A DNA stretch of 64,000 nt from an uncultured Pseudomonadota bacterium (GCA_963749075.1 CAVVLJ010000021.1:448001-512000); one strand, 5' to 3'; counted from the stretch's first letter, positions 10,059 to 22,597 are shown. Notes: generated by a model from the letters alone, not told the origin. Numbers and translations: made by a program.

Positions 10059-11300
10059 ATGGAGAAGAACCTCAAGGTCAACGGCGAGCGGCTGTGGCAG
10101 AGCCTCATGGAGATGGCCGAGATCGGCGCCACGCCCAAGGGCGGGGTGTGCCGGCTGGCCTTGACCGAGCTCGACCGCCAGTCGCGCGACCTCTTCATCC
10201 GCTGGTGCGAGGCGGCGGGCTGCAGCATCGCGGTCGATGCCATGGGGAACATCTTCGCGCGCCGTGCCGGCAGCGACGACACGCTTCCCCCGATCATGAC
10301 CGGCAGCCACCTCGACAGCCAGCCGACCGGCGGCAAGTTCGACGGCGCCTACGGCGTCATGGCCGGGCTCGAGGTGATGCGCACGCTGAACGACCTCGGC
10401 ATCGCCACCAGGGCGCCCGTCGAGGCGGTGGTGTGGACCAACGAGGAAGGCTCGCGCTTCGCACCCGCCATGACCGCCTCGGGCGTTTTCGCAGGCAAGT
10501 TCAACCTGGATTTCGCGCACGCCATCAAGGACGCGGACGGCGTCACCATGGGCGAGGCGTTGGACGCGATCGGCTACAAGGGCAAGGCAGCGGTGGGCGG
10601 ACGCCCGGTCGGCGCCTTCTTCGAGGTGCATATCGAGCAGGGGCCGATTCTTGAGGCTGAGGCGAAGACGATCGGCGTGGTGACGGGCGCCCAGGGCCAG
10701 CGCTGGTTCGACGTGACCGTGACGGGGCAGGACTCCCACGCCGGTACTACGCCCATGCCCAACCGGCGCGACGCCATGGTGGGTGCGGCGCGCATGGTCG
10801 CCTGCCTCGAGAGGATCGCCAAGGCCAACGCGCCCCACGCGGTCACCACCGTGGGCATGCTCAAGGTGCATCCCAATTCGCGCAACGTGATCCCCGGCCG
10901 GGTCTCGTTCTCCGTCGACATGCGCCATCCCGAGGAGTCGGCGCTCGCCGCGATGGACGCGGAGATGCGCCTGCGCTTCGCCGCGGTCGCGGTCGAGCAG
11001 CGCCTCGAGATCGGGATCGAGCGCATCGTCAACACCGACGTCGTCAAATTCGATGCCGATTGCGTGGCCGCGGTGCGCGCTGCCGCCGAGCGCCTCGGCT
11101 ATGCCCACCGCGACATCGTCTCGGGCGCCGGCCACGACGCCTGCTACCTCTCGCGCGTGGCCCCCACGGGCATGATCTTCGTGCCCTGCGAGAATGGGCT
11201 CAGCCACAACGAGATCGAGAACGCCACCGCGGCGGACCTTGCCGCCGGCTGCGAAGTCCTCCTCCACGCCATCCTCGAGCGCGCCGGCATCGCGGGCTAG
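10059..11300 (+). CDS. Zn-dependent amidohydrolase (N-carbamoyl-L-amino acid / beta-ureidopropionase family, M20)
   Basis: GSHLDSQPTGGKFDGAYG, WTNEEGSRF, EVHIEQGP and SGAGHDA motifs. Confidence 0.92.
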   Translation: MEKNLKVNGERLWQSLMEMAEIGATPKGGVCRLALTELDRQSRDLFIRWCEAAGCSIAVDAMGNIFARRAGSDDTLPPIMTGSHLDSQPTGGKFDGAYGVMAGLEVMRTLNDLGIATRAPVEAVVWTNEEGSRFAPAMTASGVFAGKFNLDFAHAIKDADGVTMGEALDAIGYKGKAAVGGRPVGAFFEVHIEQGPILEAEAKTIGVVTGAQGQRWFDVTVTGQDSHAGTTPMPNRRDAMVGAARMVACLERIAKANAPHAVTTVGMLKVHPNSRNVIPGRVSFSVDMRHPEESALAAMDAEMRLRFAAVAVEQRLEIGIERIVNTDVVKFDADCVAAVRAAAERLGYAHRDIVSGAGHDACYLSRVAPTGMIFVPCENGLSHNEIENATAADLAAGCEVLLHAILERAGIAG

Positions 11301-11325
11301 GGGCGCGATCTATCGTCGTGCGGTG

Positions 11326-11426
11326 ACCCCCCACCCCAGCCCTCCCCCTCAAGGGGGGAGGGGGCAGGCCGAGACGGCGGCACTAGCTTTCCCTCCCCCC
11401 TTGAGGGGGAGGGTAGGGAGGGGGGT
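11326..11426. repeat. inverted pair of REP-like palindromes
   Basis: Same ctccccctcaagggggag core as 8090-8191; lies between convergent genes. Confidence 0.8.
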
Positions 11427-11454
11427 GCGCGCGGGGCGTCAACGATTCTGAGCG

Positions 11455-12924
11455 TTACTCCCCGATCACCTTGACGAGCGTGCCGGGCGCGAGCGGAGCA
11501 CCGGGGGCGAGGGCGTTCAAGGTCTCGAAGCGCTCGAGGCGGTGGTCGAGGTAGGGGAGGGTAGCGGCGATGCTGGCCGCCGTCTCGCCGCGCGCCACCC
11601 GATGCACGTGGAGCCTGAGCGCCCGGATACCCGCAGCCTCGCGCGGTGCCAACAGGCGCAAGCTCGCGGTCATGCGGCGGAACTCGGGTCTCAGCGCCGC
11701 GGTCTCCTCCGGCGGCGTCAGCATGATGAAGCGGTAGATCTCGCTTCCGCTCTTGCGGAAGGCGGCGAGCGCCAGATCGCGCGGCCCCTCCTTGAGCGTG
11801 GTGTGCCCCGTGGCCGCGGCACCGGCGAGCCCGTGGGCGCTCGCCGCCTCGATGTCGTCGAGCGCGAGATCGGGCGCCCAGGAGTTGCGGATGTAGTCGC
11901 GCATGTCGCCCGCGAAGGGCAGCTTCCCCATGTCGAAGAAGATGACCGCACCCCCCGGCTGGCGCAGGATCAGGCGCCCCTGGCCGCGGAAGAGGGCGAA
12001 GCCAGGCGGCACCTCGAAGCCGTAGAGCAGGCGCTTCTGCATGAAGCTGCGGCCGCTGAGGATGCCGTCCTCGGGATCGTCGCCGTAGACGAGGCGCTCG
12101 AGCATCTCGAGGTATTCGGCGGCACCCACGACCGGCGTCGCCACGAGGGCGGCTTCGCTGCCGGCGAGTGCCAGGGCGTGCTCGACCCGCTCGGGCGTCG
12201 AGGGGTGGGTTGCGAGGAAGCCCGTCGGCGGCAACGGTGCGCCGGCGAGCGTCGCTTGCAGCTTCTCGTAGCCGTCGAGCGCCTCGAGCATGCGCGCCAT
12301 CGCCATGGTATCGTAGCCGGCGCGGCGCAGGTAGCGGATGCCGAGCTCGTCGGCCTGGCGCTCCTCGTCCCGGCTGTGGGCGGCGAGGAAGGGCTCGATG
12401 CCTTCCCCCGCGGCCTCCGAAACGTCCTGGCTCGAGGTGAGGAGGCCGATCGCCGCGGCGCCGACGTTGCCCATCTTGGCCTCGCTGTAGCGCTGCGCCG
12501 CGTGCCGCGCATTGATATGGCCGAGCTCGTGGCCGAGCACGGCGGCGAGCTCGGCCTCGCTGTTGGCGAGTGCCAGGAGGCCGCGCGTCACGAAGACGTA
12601 GCCGCCGGGCAGCGAGAAGGCGTTGACCGTCGGGCTGTTGAGCACGGTGAAGCTGTAGCGCACGTCCGTGCGCTCGGTGTGTGCTGCGAGCCGCTCGCCG
12701 ATGCGCCGCACGTAGCCCGCGAGGCGCTGATCGGGATAGGCGCCGCCGAAGGCGGCCAGCACCTTGGGCTCCTCCTCGGCGCCGACGCGCACCTCGTCGG
12801 CGGGCGACATGAAGGCGGTGAAGCTCGGCTGGCCGGTCGCCGGGTTCCTGGTGCAGCCGGCAAGCATGCTCACGAGTGCGAGGGCGCCCAGGACGAGCGA
12901 GGCTGTGCGGCGGCAGTGCCTCAT
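11455..12924 (-). CDS. M48 family metalloprotease lipoprotein with C-terminal LysM-like domain
   Basis: Lipobox LAGC, NAFSLPGG, HELGH zinc motif, ERQAD and THP motifs. Confidence 0.88.
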   Translation of the reverse strand: MRHCRRTASLVLGALALVSMLAGCTRNPATGQPSFTAFMSPADEVRVGAEEEPKVLAAFGGAYPDQRLAGYVRRIGERLAAHTERTDVRYSFTVLNSPTVNAFSLPGGYVFVTRGLLALANSEAELAAVLGHELGHINARHAAQRYSEAKMGNVGAAAIGLLTSSQDVSEAAGEGIEPFLAAHSRDEERQADELGIRYLRRAGYDTMAMARMLEALDGYEKLQATLAGAPLPPTGFLATHPSTPERVEHALALAGSEAALVATPVVGAAEYLEMLERLVYGDDPEDGILSGRSFMQKRLLYGFEVPPGFALFRGQGRLILRQPGGAVIFFDMGKLPFAGDMRDYIRNSWAPDLALDDIEAASAHGLAGAAATGHTTLKEGPRDLALAAFRKSGSEIYRFIMLTPPEETAALRPEFRRMTASLRLLAPREAAGIRALRLHVHRVARGETAASIAATLPYLDHRLERFETLNALAPGAPLAPGTLVKVIGE

Positions 12925-13739
12925 GGCTGAAGCAGCTCGATCTGCTCGGGATGGTCGACCTCGATGATCGGCCCGTTCCACCAGCGCAGGAAGCCGCGTA
13001 CGCGCAGGCGCTTGCCGGCAAAGGCGTCGGGTGCCAGGCCCGCCGCCGCGAAGAGGTGCCGGCTCTCAGGCAGGAGCACCGCCGTGAAGCCGTCCCTTCC
13101 GTCGGCTCCCATGTGGAGGAACGTCCGGCTGCCCGCGTGCGAGACGCGCCCAACGCTGCCCTCGACGAGCTCGAAGCTCTCGAGGTGGCGGCGCGCCTCC
13201 TGAGGCGCCAGCACGGCGAAGCTGCGCACGGCCCAGAGGCCGCGGCGCGCCGCGCGCGCCTCCTCTTCGCGCGCCAGCATCTCGGGCACGAGGGTGCGAT
13301 CGTCCTTGTGGGAGAGCACGCGGGCCATCCCGCGCGCGAGCAACTCGCCCTCGAGCCAGAGCCCGTCGTCGCGGTGGAGCTGGGCCACGAGGCGGCCGTA
13401 GCGGTCGCTCTTGTGCACGCCATAGGCGAGGCGCACCGTGCGGCCGAGCGCCAGCTCCGCAAGGGCCGCCGTGGCGCGCTCGGCGAGCGGCCAATGGCGG
13501 CCGGGCGCCGCATCGAGCGGCGGCTTGGGTGCGAGGATGCCGGCCAAGCGCACCTCGCGCCCGTCCGCGAGCTTGAGCGTGTCGCCGTCGATGACGGCCT
13601 TGACCCGCCCGTCCTCCTCGGCCGCCTCGCCGGCCGCAGCAGGGGGGCCGCCGCGTGCGAGAATGAATGCCGCGAGGAGGGCGGCGCTCAGCAGCGGACG
13701 ATGGCGAAATCGCCCGCGTTCCCGGCTTTGCAGCACCAT
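12921..13739 (-). CDS. thermonuclease (SNase) family protein
   Basis: VIDGDTL, VRLAGI.AP, DRYGRL and EARAARRGLW motifs. Confidence 0.88.
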   Translation of the reverse strand: MVLQSRERGRFRHRPLLSAALLAAFILARGGPPAAAGEAAEEDGRVKAVIDGDTLKLADGREVRLAGILAPKPPLDAAPGRHWPLAERATAALAELALGRTVRLAYGVHKSDRYGRLVAQLHRDDGLWLEGELLARGMARVLSHKDDRTLVPEMLAREEEARAARRGLWAVRSFAVLAPQEARRHLESFELVEGSVGRVSHAGSRTFLHMGADGRDGFTAVLLPESRHLFAAAGLAPDAFAGKRLRVRGFLRWWNGPIIEVDHPEQIELLQP

Positions 13740-13814
13740 GGCCGCATCGTACACTCGCGCACGCCGTGTGCCCAGAAGACGGTGACGGCGGCGGGGATGA
13801 AGGCGGAGAGGCTG

Positions 13815-14768
13815 ATGGCGAACTTGCGCGAACTCTACCCCGAGGTGCAGCCGCACGAGAGCGGCATGCTCGGGCTCGACGACATCCACACCATGTATTG
13901 GGAGGTCTCGGGCAATCCGCGGGGCGCATCCGTGATCTTCCTCCACGGCGGCCCGGGGGCCGGCACCACGGCGACCCACCGCCGCTTCTTCGACCCCGCG
14001 CATTACCGCATCGTGCTGTTCGACCAGCGCGGCGCCGGGCGCTCGCTGCCGCTCGGCGACATCCGCGAGAACACGACGCCTCACCTCATCCGCGACATCG
14101 AGCGCCTGCGCGCCCATCTCGGCATCGAGCGCTGGCTCGTCTTCGGCGGCTCGTGGGGCTCGACCCTGGCGCTCGCCTATGCCGAGGCCCATGCCGAGCG
14201 CTGCACCGGCCTCGTGCTGCGCGGCATCTTCCTCTGCCGCCGCAGCGAGATCGACTGGTTCCTCTACGACATCCGCAACGTCTTTCCCGAGGCCTGGCGC
14301 GCCTTCGCCGAGTACCTGCCGCGCGACGAGCGCGACGACATCCTCGTCAACTATCACAAGCGGCTCATGCACCCGGATCCGGCCGTGCACATGCCGGCGG
14401 CGCGGCGCTGGAGCGTCTTCGAGGGCTCCTGCTCCACCCTCTTGCCGAGCCCGGAGACGGTCGCCGCCTTCGGCGACGACCGCATGGCGCTCGGCCTCGC
14501 GCGCATGGAGGCCCATTACTTCATCAACAACATCTTCCTGCCCGATAATGCGCTGCTCGACAACCTCGACCGCATCCGCCACCTGCCGGCGGCCATCGTG
14601 CAGGGGCGCTACGACGTGGTCTGCCCGATCGTCACCGCGGACGAGCTGCACCGCGCCTGGCCGGAGGCGAGCTTTGCCGTGGTCCCCGACGCCGGCCATT
14701 CCGCCATGGAGCCCGGCATCCGCTCGGCCCTCGTGGAGGCGACCGACCGTTTCCGCGCGCTGGGCTAG
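13815..14768 (+). CDS. pip: proline iminopeptidase
   Basis: LHGGPG, FDQRGAGRS, GGSWGSTL, QGRYD and AGHS motifs. Confidence 0.93.
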   Translation: MANLRELYPEVQPHESGMLGLDDIHTMYWEVSGNPRGASVIFLHGGPGAGTTATHRRFFDPAHYRIVLFDQRGAGRSLPLGDIRENTTPHLIRDIERLRAHLGIERWLVFGGSWGSTLALAYAEAHAERCTGLVLRGIFLCRRSEIDWFLYDIRNVFPEAWRAFAEYLPRDERDDILVNYHKRLMHPDPAVHMPAARRWSVFEGSCSTLLPSPETVAAFGDDRMALGLARMEAHYFINNIFLPDNALLDNLDRIRHLPAAIVQGRYDVVCPIVTADELHRAWPEASFAVVPDAGHSAMEPGIRSALVEATDRFRALG

Positions 14769-14850
14769 CCCCGCTCCAGCCCTGCCTTGCCAAGTGCTGT
14801 GAAACCCGTATCATGGCGCGTCGCTGGCGAGGCCTTGCAAGGAGGATTTC

Positions 14851-15357
14851 GTGCGCCGATTCGCTCTGCCGCTCAGCCTGCTGGCGCTTTGTCTCTTGGC
14901 CCGCCCCGCGCTCGCCGACGATCCGGCTTTCCTCGACCTGCAGCTCGGCACCTTCGACGTCCGCCACGCCCACACCCCTATCGCGGACCTCGAATACCGC
15001 TCCGACTACAAGCTGTGGGTCTTGAAGCCGATGGGCGGTTTCTTCGTGACCAGCCGCGGCGCCACCTACGTCTACGGCGGCTTCGCCGTCGACCTCTTCT
15101 TCGGCAACCGCATCGTGGTGACGCCGAGCGAGGCGGTCGGCGCCTACAACCACGGCAACGACGCGAACCTGGGGGCGATCCCCGAGTTCCGCTCCTCCAT
15201 CGCCGTCGCCTACCGCTTCGACGACCGCTCGCGCCTCGGCGTCATGTTCCACCACATCTCGAATGCCGGCCTCGGCAAGTCGAACCCCGGCTCGGAGACC
15301 GCCCTCGTCAGCTACTCCTACCCGCTCGACAAGCTGGGCTCGCTGTTCGGGAATTAG
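14851..15357 (+). CDS. acyloxyacyl hydrolase / PagL-like lipid A deacylase
   Basis: Signal peptide, beta-barrel pattern and HISNAGL...NPG motif. Confidence 0.8.
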   Translation: MRRFALPLSLLALCLLARPALADDPAFLDLQLGTFDVRHAHTPIADLEYRSDYKLWVLKPMGGFFVTSRGATYVYGGFAVDLFFGNRIVVTPSEAVGAYNHGNDANLGAIPEFRSSIAVAYRFDDRSRLGVMFHHISNAGLGKSNPGSETALVSYSYPLDKLGSLFGN

Positions 15358-15370
15358 GCCGGCTGCCGCC

Positions 15371-16699
15371 TCAGTCGGCGAGGAGCGAGCGGTAGCTCTC
15401 GAGGAAGTCGGCGAAGGCCTCTGAGAAGCCGTCGAACTCCTTCTCCCCGTGCATGATCGAGAGGCTCATGAAGCCGCGGCGCGCGAGGTAATAGCCGCGC
15501 GCCAGCATCTCGAGATGGAAGAGCGCGCGCATCGCGGCCGGCGTCGCCTCGGCGTCCTCGGGCCGCGCGATGGGGGTGCGCTGGAAATGCACGGCGAGGA
15601 TCGAGCCGACCCCCGTCACCAGGACCGGAAGGCCCGCGGCACGGCCGATCCCGTTGAGCCGCTCGCGCAAGGCATCGCCCGCGGCATTGAGGCGCTCCGC
15701 CTCGGCCGGCGTATAGACGCTGGAGAGGCCGGCGACGCCGGCCGCCATGGTCAGCACGTTGTTGTTGAAGGTGCCGGCATGGCCAACGTAGCCGGGCTTG
15801 TGGGGATCGTAGATCGCCATGAGCTCAGCCTTGCCGCCGAAGGCGCCGAAGCTGAGCCCGCCGCCCACGTATTTTCCGAAGGAGGTGAGGTCAGGCGTGA
15901 TGGCGAGCTTCTGCTGCAGGCCGCCCGAGGAGAGGCGCGAGGTCATCACCTCGTCGAAGATGAGCACGATGCCGTGGCGCGTCGCCGCCTCGCGCAGGTC
16001 GGCGAGAAAGCGGCGGCTGGCGGCGATGGCACCGCCCGAGCCCATCATGGGCTCGACGATGATGGCGGCGAGCTCGTGCGCATGGCGCTCGATGAGCGCC
16101 AGCGTGGTGGCACTGTCGTTGTAGCGCCCGTAGATCACCGGGAAGGGGACGTTGACCGGCGAGCCGCCGTGGCTGAAGGTGAGCACGCCGCCGTGATAGG
16201 CGCCCTCGAAGACGAGGATGTGGCTGCGCTTTGTCACGGCGCGGGCGGTCGCCAGCGCCATCAGGTTGCCCTCGGTGCCCGAGTTGGTGAAGCGCACGCG
16301 CTCGCAGGAGGGGAAGCGCGCGCAGACGAGCCGCGCGAGCTCGGCCTCGTAGCGGTTGGGGCCGCCGAGCCCGATGCCGTCCGCGAGCGCCGCCCGCACG
16401 GCGGCGAGGATCGCCGGATGGGAATGGCCGTAGAGCCCGGCCGTGAATTCGCCCAGGTAGTCGACGTAAACGTGGCCGTCGAGGTCCTCGACGCGGCAGC
16501 CCTCGCCCTTGACGAGGGTCACGGGGAAGGGCGTGTAGAAGAGCACCGTGCGCGTGTTGCCGCCGGGCATGACGGCCTCCGCCTCGCTCTGGCGGCCGGC
16601 ACTCTCGGGGTTGGCCGCGACGAAACTCTCCTCCGCCTCGGCGAGTGCGGCCTCGAGGCTGAGATTGGCGCGGGCTTTGGCGGGTGCCAGGTCGCTCAC
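15371..16699 (-). CDS. class III aminotransferase (glutamate-1-semialdehyde aminomutase-like)
   Basis: MPGGNTR, SGTEG, LIFDEVMT and FGKYVGGG (PLP lysine) motifs. Confidence 0.88.
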   Translation of the reverse strand: MSDLAPAKARANLSLEAALAEAEESFVAANPESAGRQSEAEAVMPGGNTRTVLFYTPFPVTLVKGEGCRVEDLDGHVYVDYLGEFTAGLYGHSHPAILAAVRAALADGIGLGGPNRYEAELARLVCARFPSCERVRFTNSGTEGNLMALATARAVTKRSHILVFEGAYHGGVLTFSHGGSPVNVPFPVIYGRYNDSATTLALIERHAHELAAIIVEPMMGSGGAIAASRRFLADLREAATRHGIVLIFDEVMTSRLSSGGLQQKLAITPDLTSFGKYVGGGLSFGAFGGKAELMAIYDPHKPGYVGHAGTFNNNVLTMAAGVAGLSSVYTPAEAERLNAAGDALRERLNGIGRAAGLPVLVTGVGSILAVHFQRTPIARPEDAEATPAAMRALFHLEMLARGYYLARRGFMSLSIMHGEKEFDGFSEAFADFLESYRSLLAD

Positions 16700-16818
16700 G
16701 GCGCTCCTCCCTGCATGGCGGCCTTATCTACCATGCTTCCGGCCGCTTCGCGACAGGGCCGTGTTTCGTGAATTCCCGCAAACAGAGAAGAGGTTTCTTG
16801 CTCTCCTCCATCGGCATT

Positions 16819-16990
16819 CCCCCTCTCCTCCTTCAGGAGGAGAGGGTCGGGGTGAGGAGGTGCCAGCACCGCGCACAGTTTCGGCGCAAAGCGCGCGCAT
16901 CATGGGTACGATGGTGATGACAGGTCACGCCGCGCTTCGACCGCAGACCTCCTCACCCTAACCCTCTCCTCCTGAAGGAGGAGAGGGGAA
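16819..16990. repeat. inverted pair of REP-like palindromes enclosing an ~85 bp spacer
   Basis: cccctctcctccttcaggaggagagggtcggggtgaggaggt ... acctcctcaccctaaccctctcctcctgaaggaggagagggg; same family at 50300-50440. Confidence 0.8.
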
Positions 16991-17008
16991 AGGCGGAGAG
17001 GGAGGGGC

Positions 17009-17708
<700 letters not shown>

Positions 17709-17716
<8 letters not shown>

Positions 17717-19730
17717 GGACCACCTTGCGGCCGAGATAGGCCTCGAGCACCTCCGGCCGCGCGTGGACCTGTGCCGCGGTGCCCTCGGCGATCTTCTCGC
17801 CGTGGTCGAGCACGACGATCTTGTCCGCGAGGTCGTTCACCACGTTGAGCTTGTGCTCGATGAGGAAGACGGTGAGCCCCATCTTGCGCAGGTTCTTGAT
17901 CTGCTGGGCGAGCTCGATCGTCTCAACCGGGTTCATGCCGGCGGTCGGCTCGTCGAGCAGCAGGATCCTGGGCCGCGAGGCAAGCGCGCGGGCGATCTCG
18001 AGCCGGCGCCGGTTGGCGTAGGAGAGCTCCTTCGCCACCTGATTGAGGCGCGGGAGCAGGCGGTTGCCGAAGATGCTCAGTATCTCGATCGCGTACTCGC
18101 GCGTCTCGCGCTCCTCGGCGAGCATGCCGCGGGTGCGCAGCACGGCGCCGACCGCACCCGTCATCGAGCGCGAATGCTGGCCGACGAGGATGTTCTCCAT
18201 CACCGTCATGTTGTTGAAGAGACGGAGGTTCTGGAAGGTGCGCGCGATGCCGCGCTCGACGATGGCATGGGACGGCAGCCCGGTGATGTCCTCGCCCAGG
18301 AGGAGGACCTTGCCGGCATCGGGCGGGTTCATGCCGGTGATGACGTTGAAGAGCGTGGTCTTGCCGGAGCCGTTCGGGCCGATGAGGGCGACGATGCTGT
18401 TGGGCTCGACGCGCAGGTCCACCTCCTTGACCGCGGTGATGCCGCCGAAGGTCTTGAGCAGCTTCTGCGCCTCGAGCATGGCGACGCCTGGCTTGGGCTC
18501 GGAGGCGGCGACCGTGCGCAGCTGCACGTCGATGGTGCCGCGGGTGGGCAGCGCCGTCTGCTGCTCGAGCGTCAAGGCCTCGGTCGACCGCGTCGCCGGG
18601 ATCAGCCCCTGGCGCCGGAACAGCATCATGAGGACGAGGACGACCCCGAAGATGAGCTCGATCGACTGCACGAAGTCGACATGCTGCAGCCACTCGACAT
18701 CGACCGCGCGGCCGAGCACGTGGGTCCATACCGTGAGGTCCTGGAGGAACCACGACTGCAGGAGCTGGAGGAGCACCGCCGCGAGCACCACGCCGTAGAC
18801 GCTCCCCATGCCGCCCAGCACGACCATCACCAGCACCATGACCGAGACGGGGAACATGAACATGTCGGGCGTCGCGGTCTGCAGCTTGGCCACGTAGAAG
18901 GCGCCGGTGGCGCCCGCGAAGCCGGCGCCGGTGGCGAAGGCGAGGAGCTTGAGCTTGACCCGGTTGACCCCCATGGCGCCCGCCGCGATCTCGTCCTCGC
19001 GGATGGCCATCCAGGCGCGCCCGACGCGCGAGTCCTTGAGCCTCAGGCTCACGAAGATGAGAAAGGCGATGAGGGCGACCCCGAGATAGTAGTAGGGCAC
19101 CGATTGCACGCCGAAGGAATAGCCGAAGAGCATCGGCGGCTGCACGCCGTTCAGCCCCATGGCGCCGTTGGTGAGCGTCGGCCAGTTGCGCACCACGATC
19201 GGCACGATCTCGCCGAAGCCGAGCGTCACGATGGCGAGATAGTCGCCGCGCAGGCGCAGCGTGGGCGTCCCGAAGAGCACGCCGAAGAAGGCAGCGACGA
19301 AGGCGGCGAGCGGCATGGCGATCCAGAACGAGAGGGCGAAATGGACGACGTTCTCGCCGTTCGCTTGGTAATGCACGACCATGCCGAGCCACTGGAAGGG
19401 CTCCCAGAAGCTCGACCACTCGGGTTGCAGCTGCCACGACGAGGTGATGCCGTAGAAATAGGCGCCGATCGCGAAGAAGGCGGCGTAGCCGAGGTCGAGC
19501 AGGCCGGCCAGGCCGACGACGATGTTGAGGCCGAGCGCCAGCACGGCAAAGGCGGTGGCGTTGGCCGCCGCGTCGATGTCGCCATCATTGCGGTCGATGA
19601 GGGGAAAGACGAGCACCAGCAGCGTCACCGCGGCGAGAATGGCACGGCGCCGCTGATCGGCGGAGAGGCGCCGCAGCGGCGCCGCGAGGGCTTCGCCAAG
19701 ACCCCAGGTCCGCGGTGAGGGTATTGCCAT
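17709..19730 (-). CDS. fused LivM-type permease and LivG-type ATP-binding protein
   Basis: GLAGLLDLGYAAF and LRGDYLAIVTLGFGE, then GPNGSGKT and LLLDEPTAG in one frame. Confidence 0.9.
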
Positions 19731-19738
19731 CCGGAGCC

Positions 19739-20668
<930 letters not shown>

Positions 20669-20712
20669 CCGACGCTACCAGCCGTCTGGTCCGCTCTCGC
20701 CGCCGCCACCCG

Positions 20713-21975
20713 TCAGCTCGCGGGGGCCTGCGGTGCTACGCCGATGTACTTGTACTGGTGGATGATGTCGTCGTCCTTATACTTCGGATCGTGCCTGATC
20801 TGGAAGACGCTGACCACCCGGCTGTTGATGTCGCCGTTCTGGTCGAACGAGATCTCGCCTTGGAGGGTCTTGACCTTGGAGGCCTGGATCGCGTCGCGGA
20901 CGTTGGCGTGGGTCATCGGCTTGCCGCTTTCCGCCACGTGCTTGATGGCGTCGAGCACCACGGTCGCGGCGTCATAGGCCGTGATCGCGTAGTCGTCGGG
21001 CTGCGTGCCGTACTTCTTGGCGAAGCGCTCCACCCAGCTCTGGACCGCGGGATCCTCGGTCACGTGCGGCGAGGCTTGCGTCGCGTAGAGACCCTCCGCC
21101 GCCGGGAAGCCGACGGCCTTGAGATACTCGGGACCGAAGACCCCGTCACCGCCGGCCCGGATCATCTTCGGCATCACGTCGTAGGACTGCTTGACGAACT
21201 TGACCCCGGCACCCGCGACGCCGCCGTAGTAGATGGCGTCCGGGTTCAGCGCCTTGATCTTGGTCAGCACCGTCGTGTAGTCCGCCTCCTTCGGGTTGAG
21301 CTGGTCGTGGCCCAGCACCTTGATGCCGATCTTCTTCGCCTGCCCCTCGAAGGCGTTGGCGATGCCGACCCCGTAGGCGCCCGAATCGTCCAGGATGTAG
21401 ATCGTCTTCACATGCAGCGCGTCGCGCATGTAGTTGGCCATGTTGGGGCCCTGGAAGGCGTCCGTCGTCACCGTGCGGAAATAGACCGCCTTGCCGGCCG
21501 GCCGGAACTGACCGGCGAACTTCGGGTCGGTGATGTCCGGGTTGGTCGAGGACGGCGTCACCGTCGCCAGGTCGGCGGCGGAGAGGATCGGCGACATCGC
21601 CTTGCCCGAGCCGCTCATCTCCGGCCCCACGATCGCCACGACCTTCGGATCGGAGGCGAACTTCTTGGCATTCGTCGCGGCCTGGGCCGGATCGTACTGC
21701 CCCGCCGTCGCCGTGCCGTTGTCGAGCGTCATCATGTCGATCTTGTAGCCCGCCACGCCGCCCTTGGCATTGGCCTCGTCGATCGCCATCTCGGCGCCGT
21801 ACTTGATGCGCGTCGCACCCTCCGCGTCGGCACCCGTGAGCGGCAGTGCGATGCCGATGGTGAGGCTCTTCTCCGCCGCTTGCGAGGGAACCGACCCCCC
21901 AAGCGCCGCCATGGCCGCAAACAGGCCGGCACTGACTGCACTCGTCACGAGTGCGCGACGTCGAATGTTTATCAT
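20713..21975 (-). CDS. branched-chain amino acid ABC substrate-binding protein (LivK-type)
   Basis: Signal peptide (RRR..., Tat-like), IGIALPLTG and AIDEANAKGGV; first gene of the operon. Confidence 0.9.
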   Translation of the reverse strand: MINIRRRALVTSAVSAGLFAAMAALGGSVPSQAAEKSLTIGIALPLTGADAEGATRIKYGAEMAIDEANAKGGVAGYKIDMMTLDNGTATAGQYDPAQAATNAKKFASDPKVVAIVGPEMSGSGKAMSPILSAADLATVTPSSTNPDITDPKFAGQFRPAGKAVYFRTVTTDAFQGPNMANYMRDALHVKTIYILDDSGAYGVGIANAFEGQAKKIGIKVLGHDQLNPKEADYTTVLTKIKALNPDAIYYGGVAGAGVKFVKQSYDVMPKMIRAGGDGVFGPEYLKAVGFPAAEGLYATQASPHVTEDPAVQSWVERFAKKYGTQPDDYAITAYDAATVVLDAIKHVAESGKPMTHANVRDAIQASKVKTLQGEISFDQNGDINSRVVSVFQIRHDPKYKDDDIIHQYKYIGVAPQAPAS

Positions 21976-22439
21976 GATGCTACCTCCCAGGACTGAGAAA
22001 CGCCCCCTCCCGTTATGCACGCATTTTCTACGCCACACATTGGGGCAATGCGGTGGGCACGATATTGACCGGGAGTCCGAAGAGAGTCCAGACGGCATTT
22101 CCCGCCCCCGCAGCGGAAGAACGCCGCCCCCGGCCGCCGCCGCCGCGGCGCCGGCCTTGCGCGCCATGCCATCCCGCTTGCCTCCTCGTGCCGCTCGCCT
22201 GTTGTGCCCGCCAGCCTCAGGGCAAATCCCATGCCATTCCCGTTCTGCCCTCTAAGCTCTTATCATGGCTGGCGAATCGAGCGTAGGCGGCAGGCGGGCC
22301 GCGGGGTCCTGTGCCGCCATTATTTGGGCATCTTCGCTGTGGCTCTGCCCATAAAGCGTCCCGCCGGCGCCGCCGGAGGCTTCCTGCCGCCGCCGCCGCC
22401 ATGCTAGAAATCCCGGTATTGACGCGAGGGCCGCGGCAC

Positions 22440-22478
22440 GTCCCCGTAGCTCAGCAGGATAGAGCGACAAATTCCTAA
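22440..22478 (+). repeat. attL: 5'-half fragment of tRNA-Arg(CCT)
   Basis: 38/39 nt identical to 40600-40638 (single A/G difference at 22470); identity ends at the anticodon loop ttcctaa. Confidence 0.93.
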
Positions 22479-22597
22479 ACTTTTTTAAGCCATTTTCATG
22501 GCTGAACATAGTGTCGCAAAAATCTGTTTTCTCCTTGTTTTTTATGACGTTAATGTGATCATATGAGCGCATAGCAAATCACCTCTACGCGCCCTGC

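Noticed and set aside
22440-22516. Second complete tRNA-Arg
   Set aside because: Similarity stops at the anticodon loop; there is no 3' stem, T-arm or CCA.
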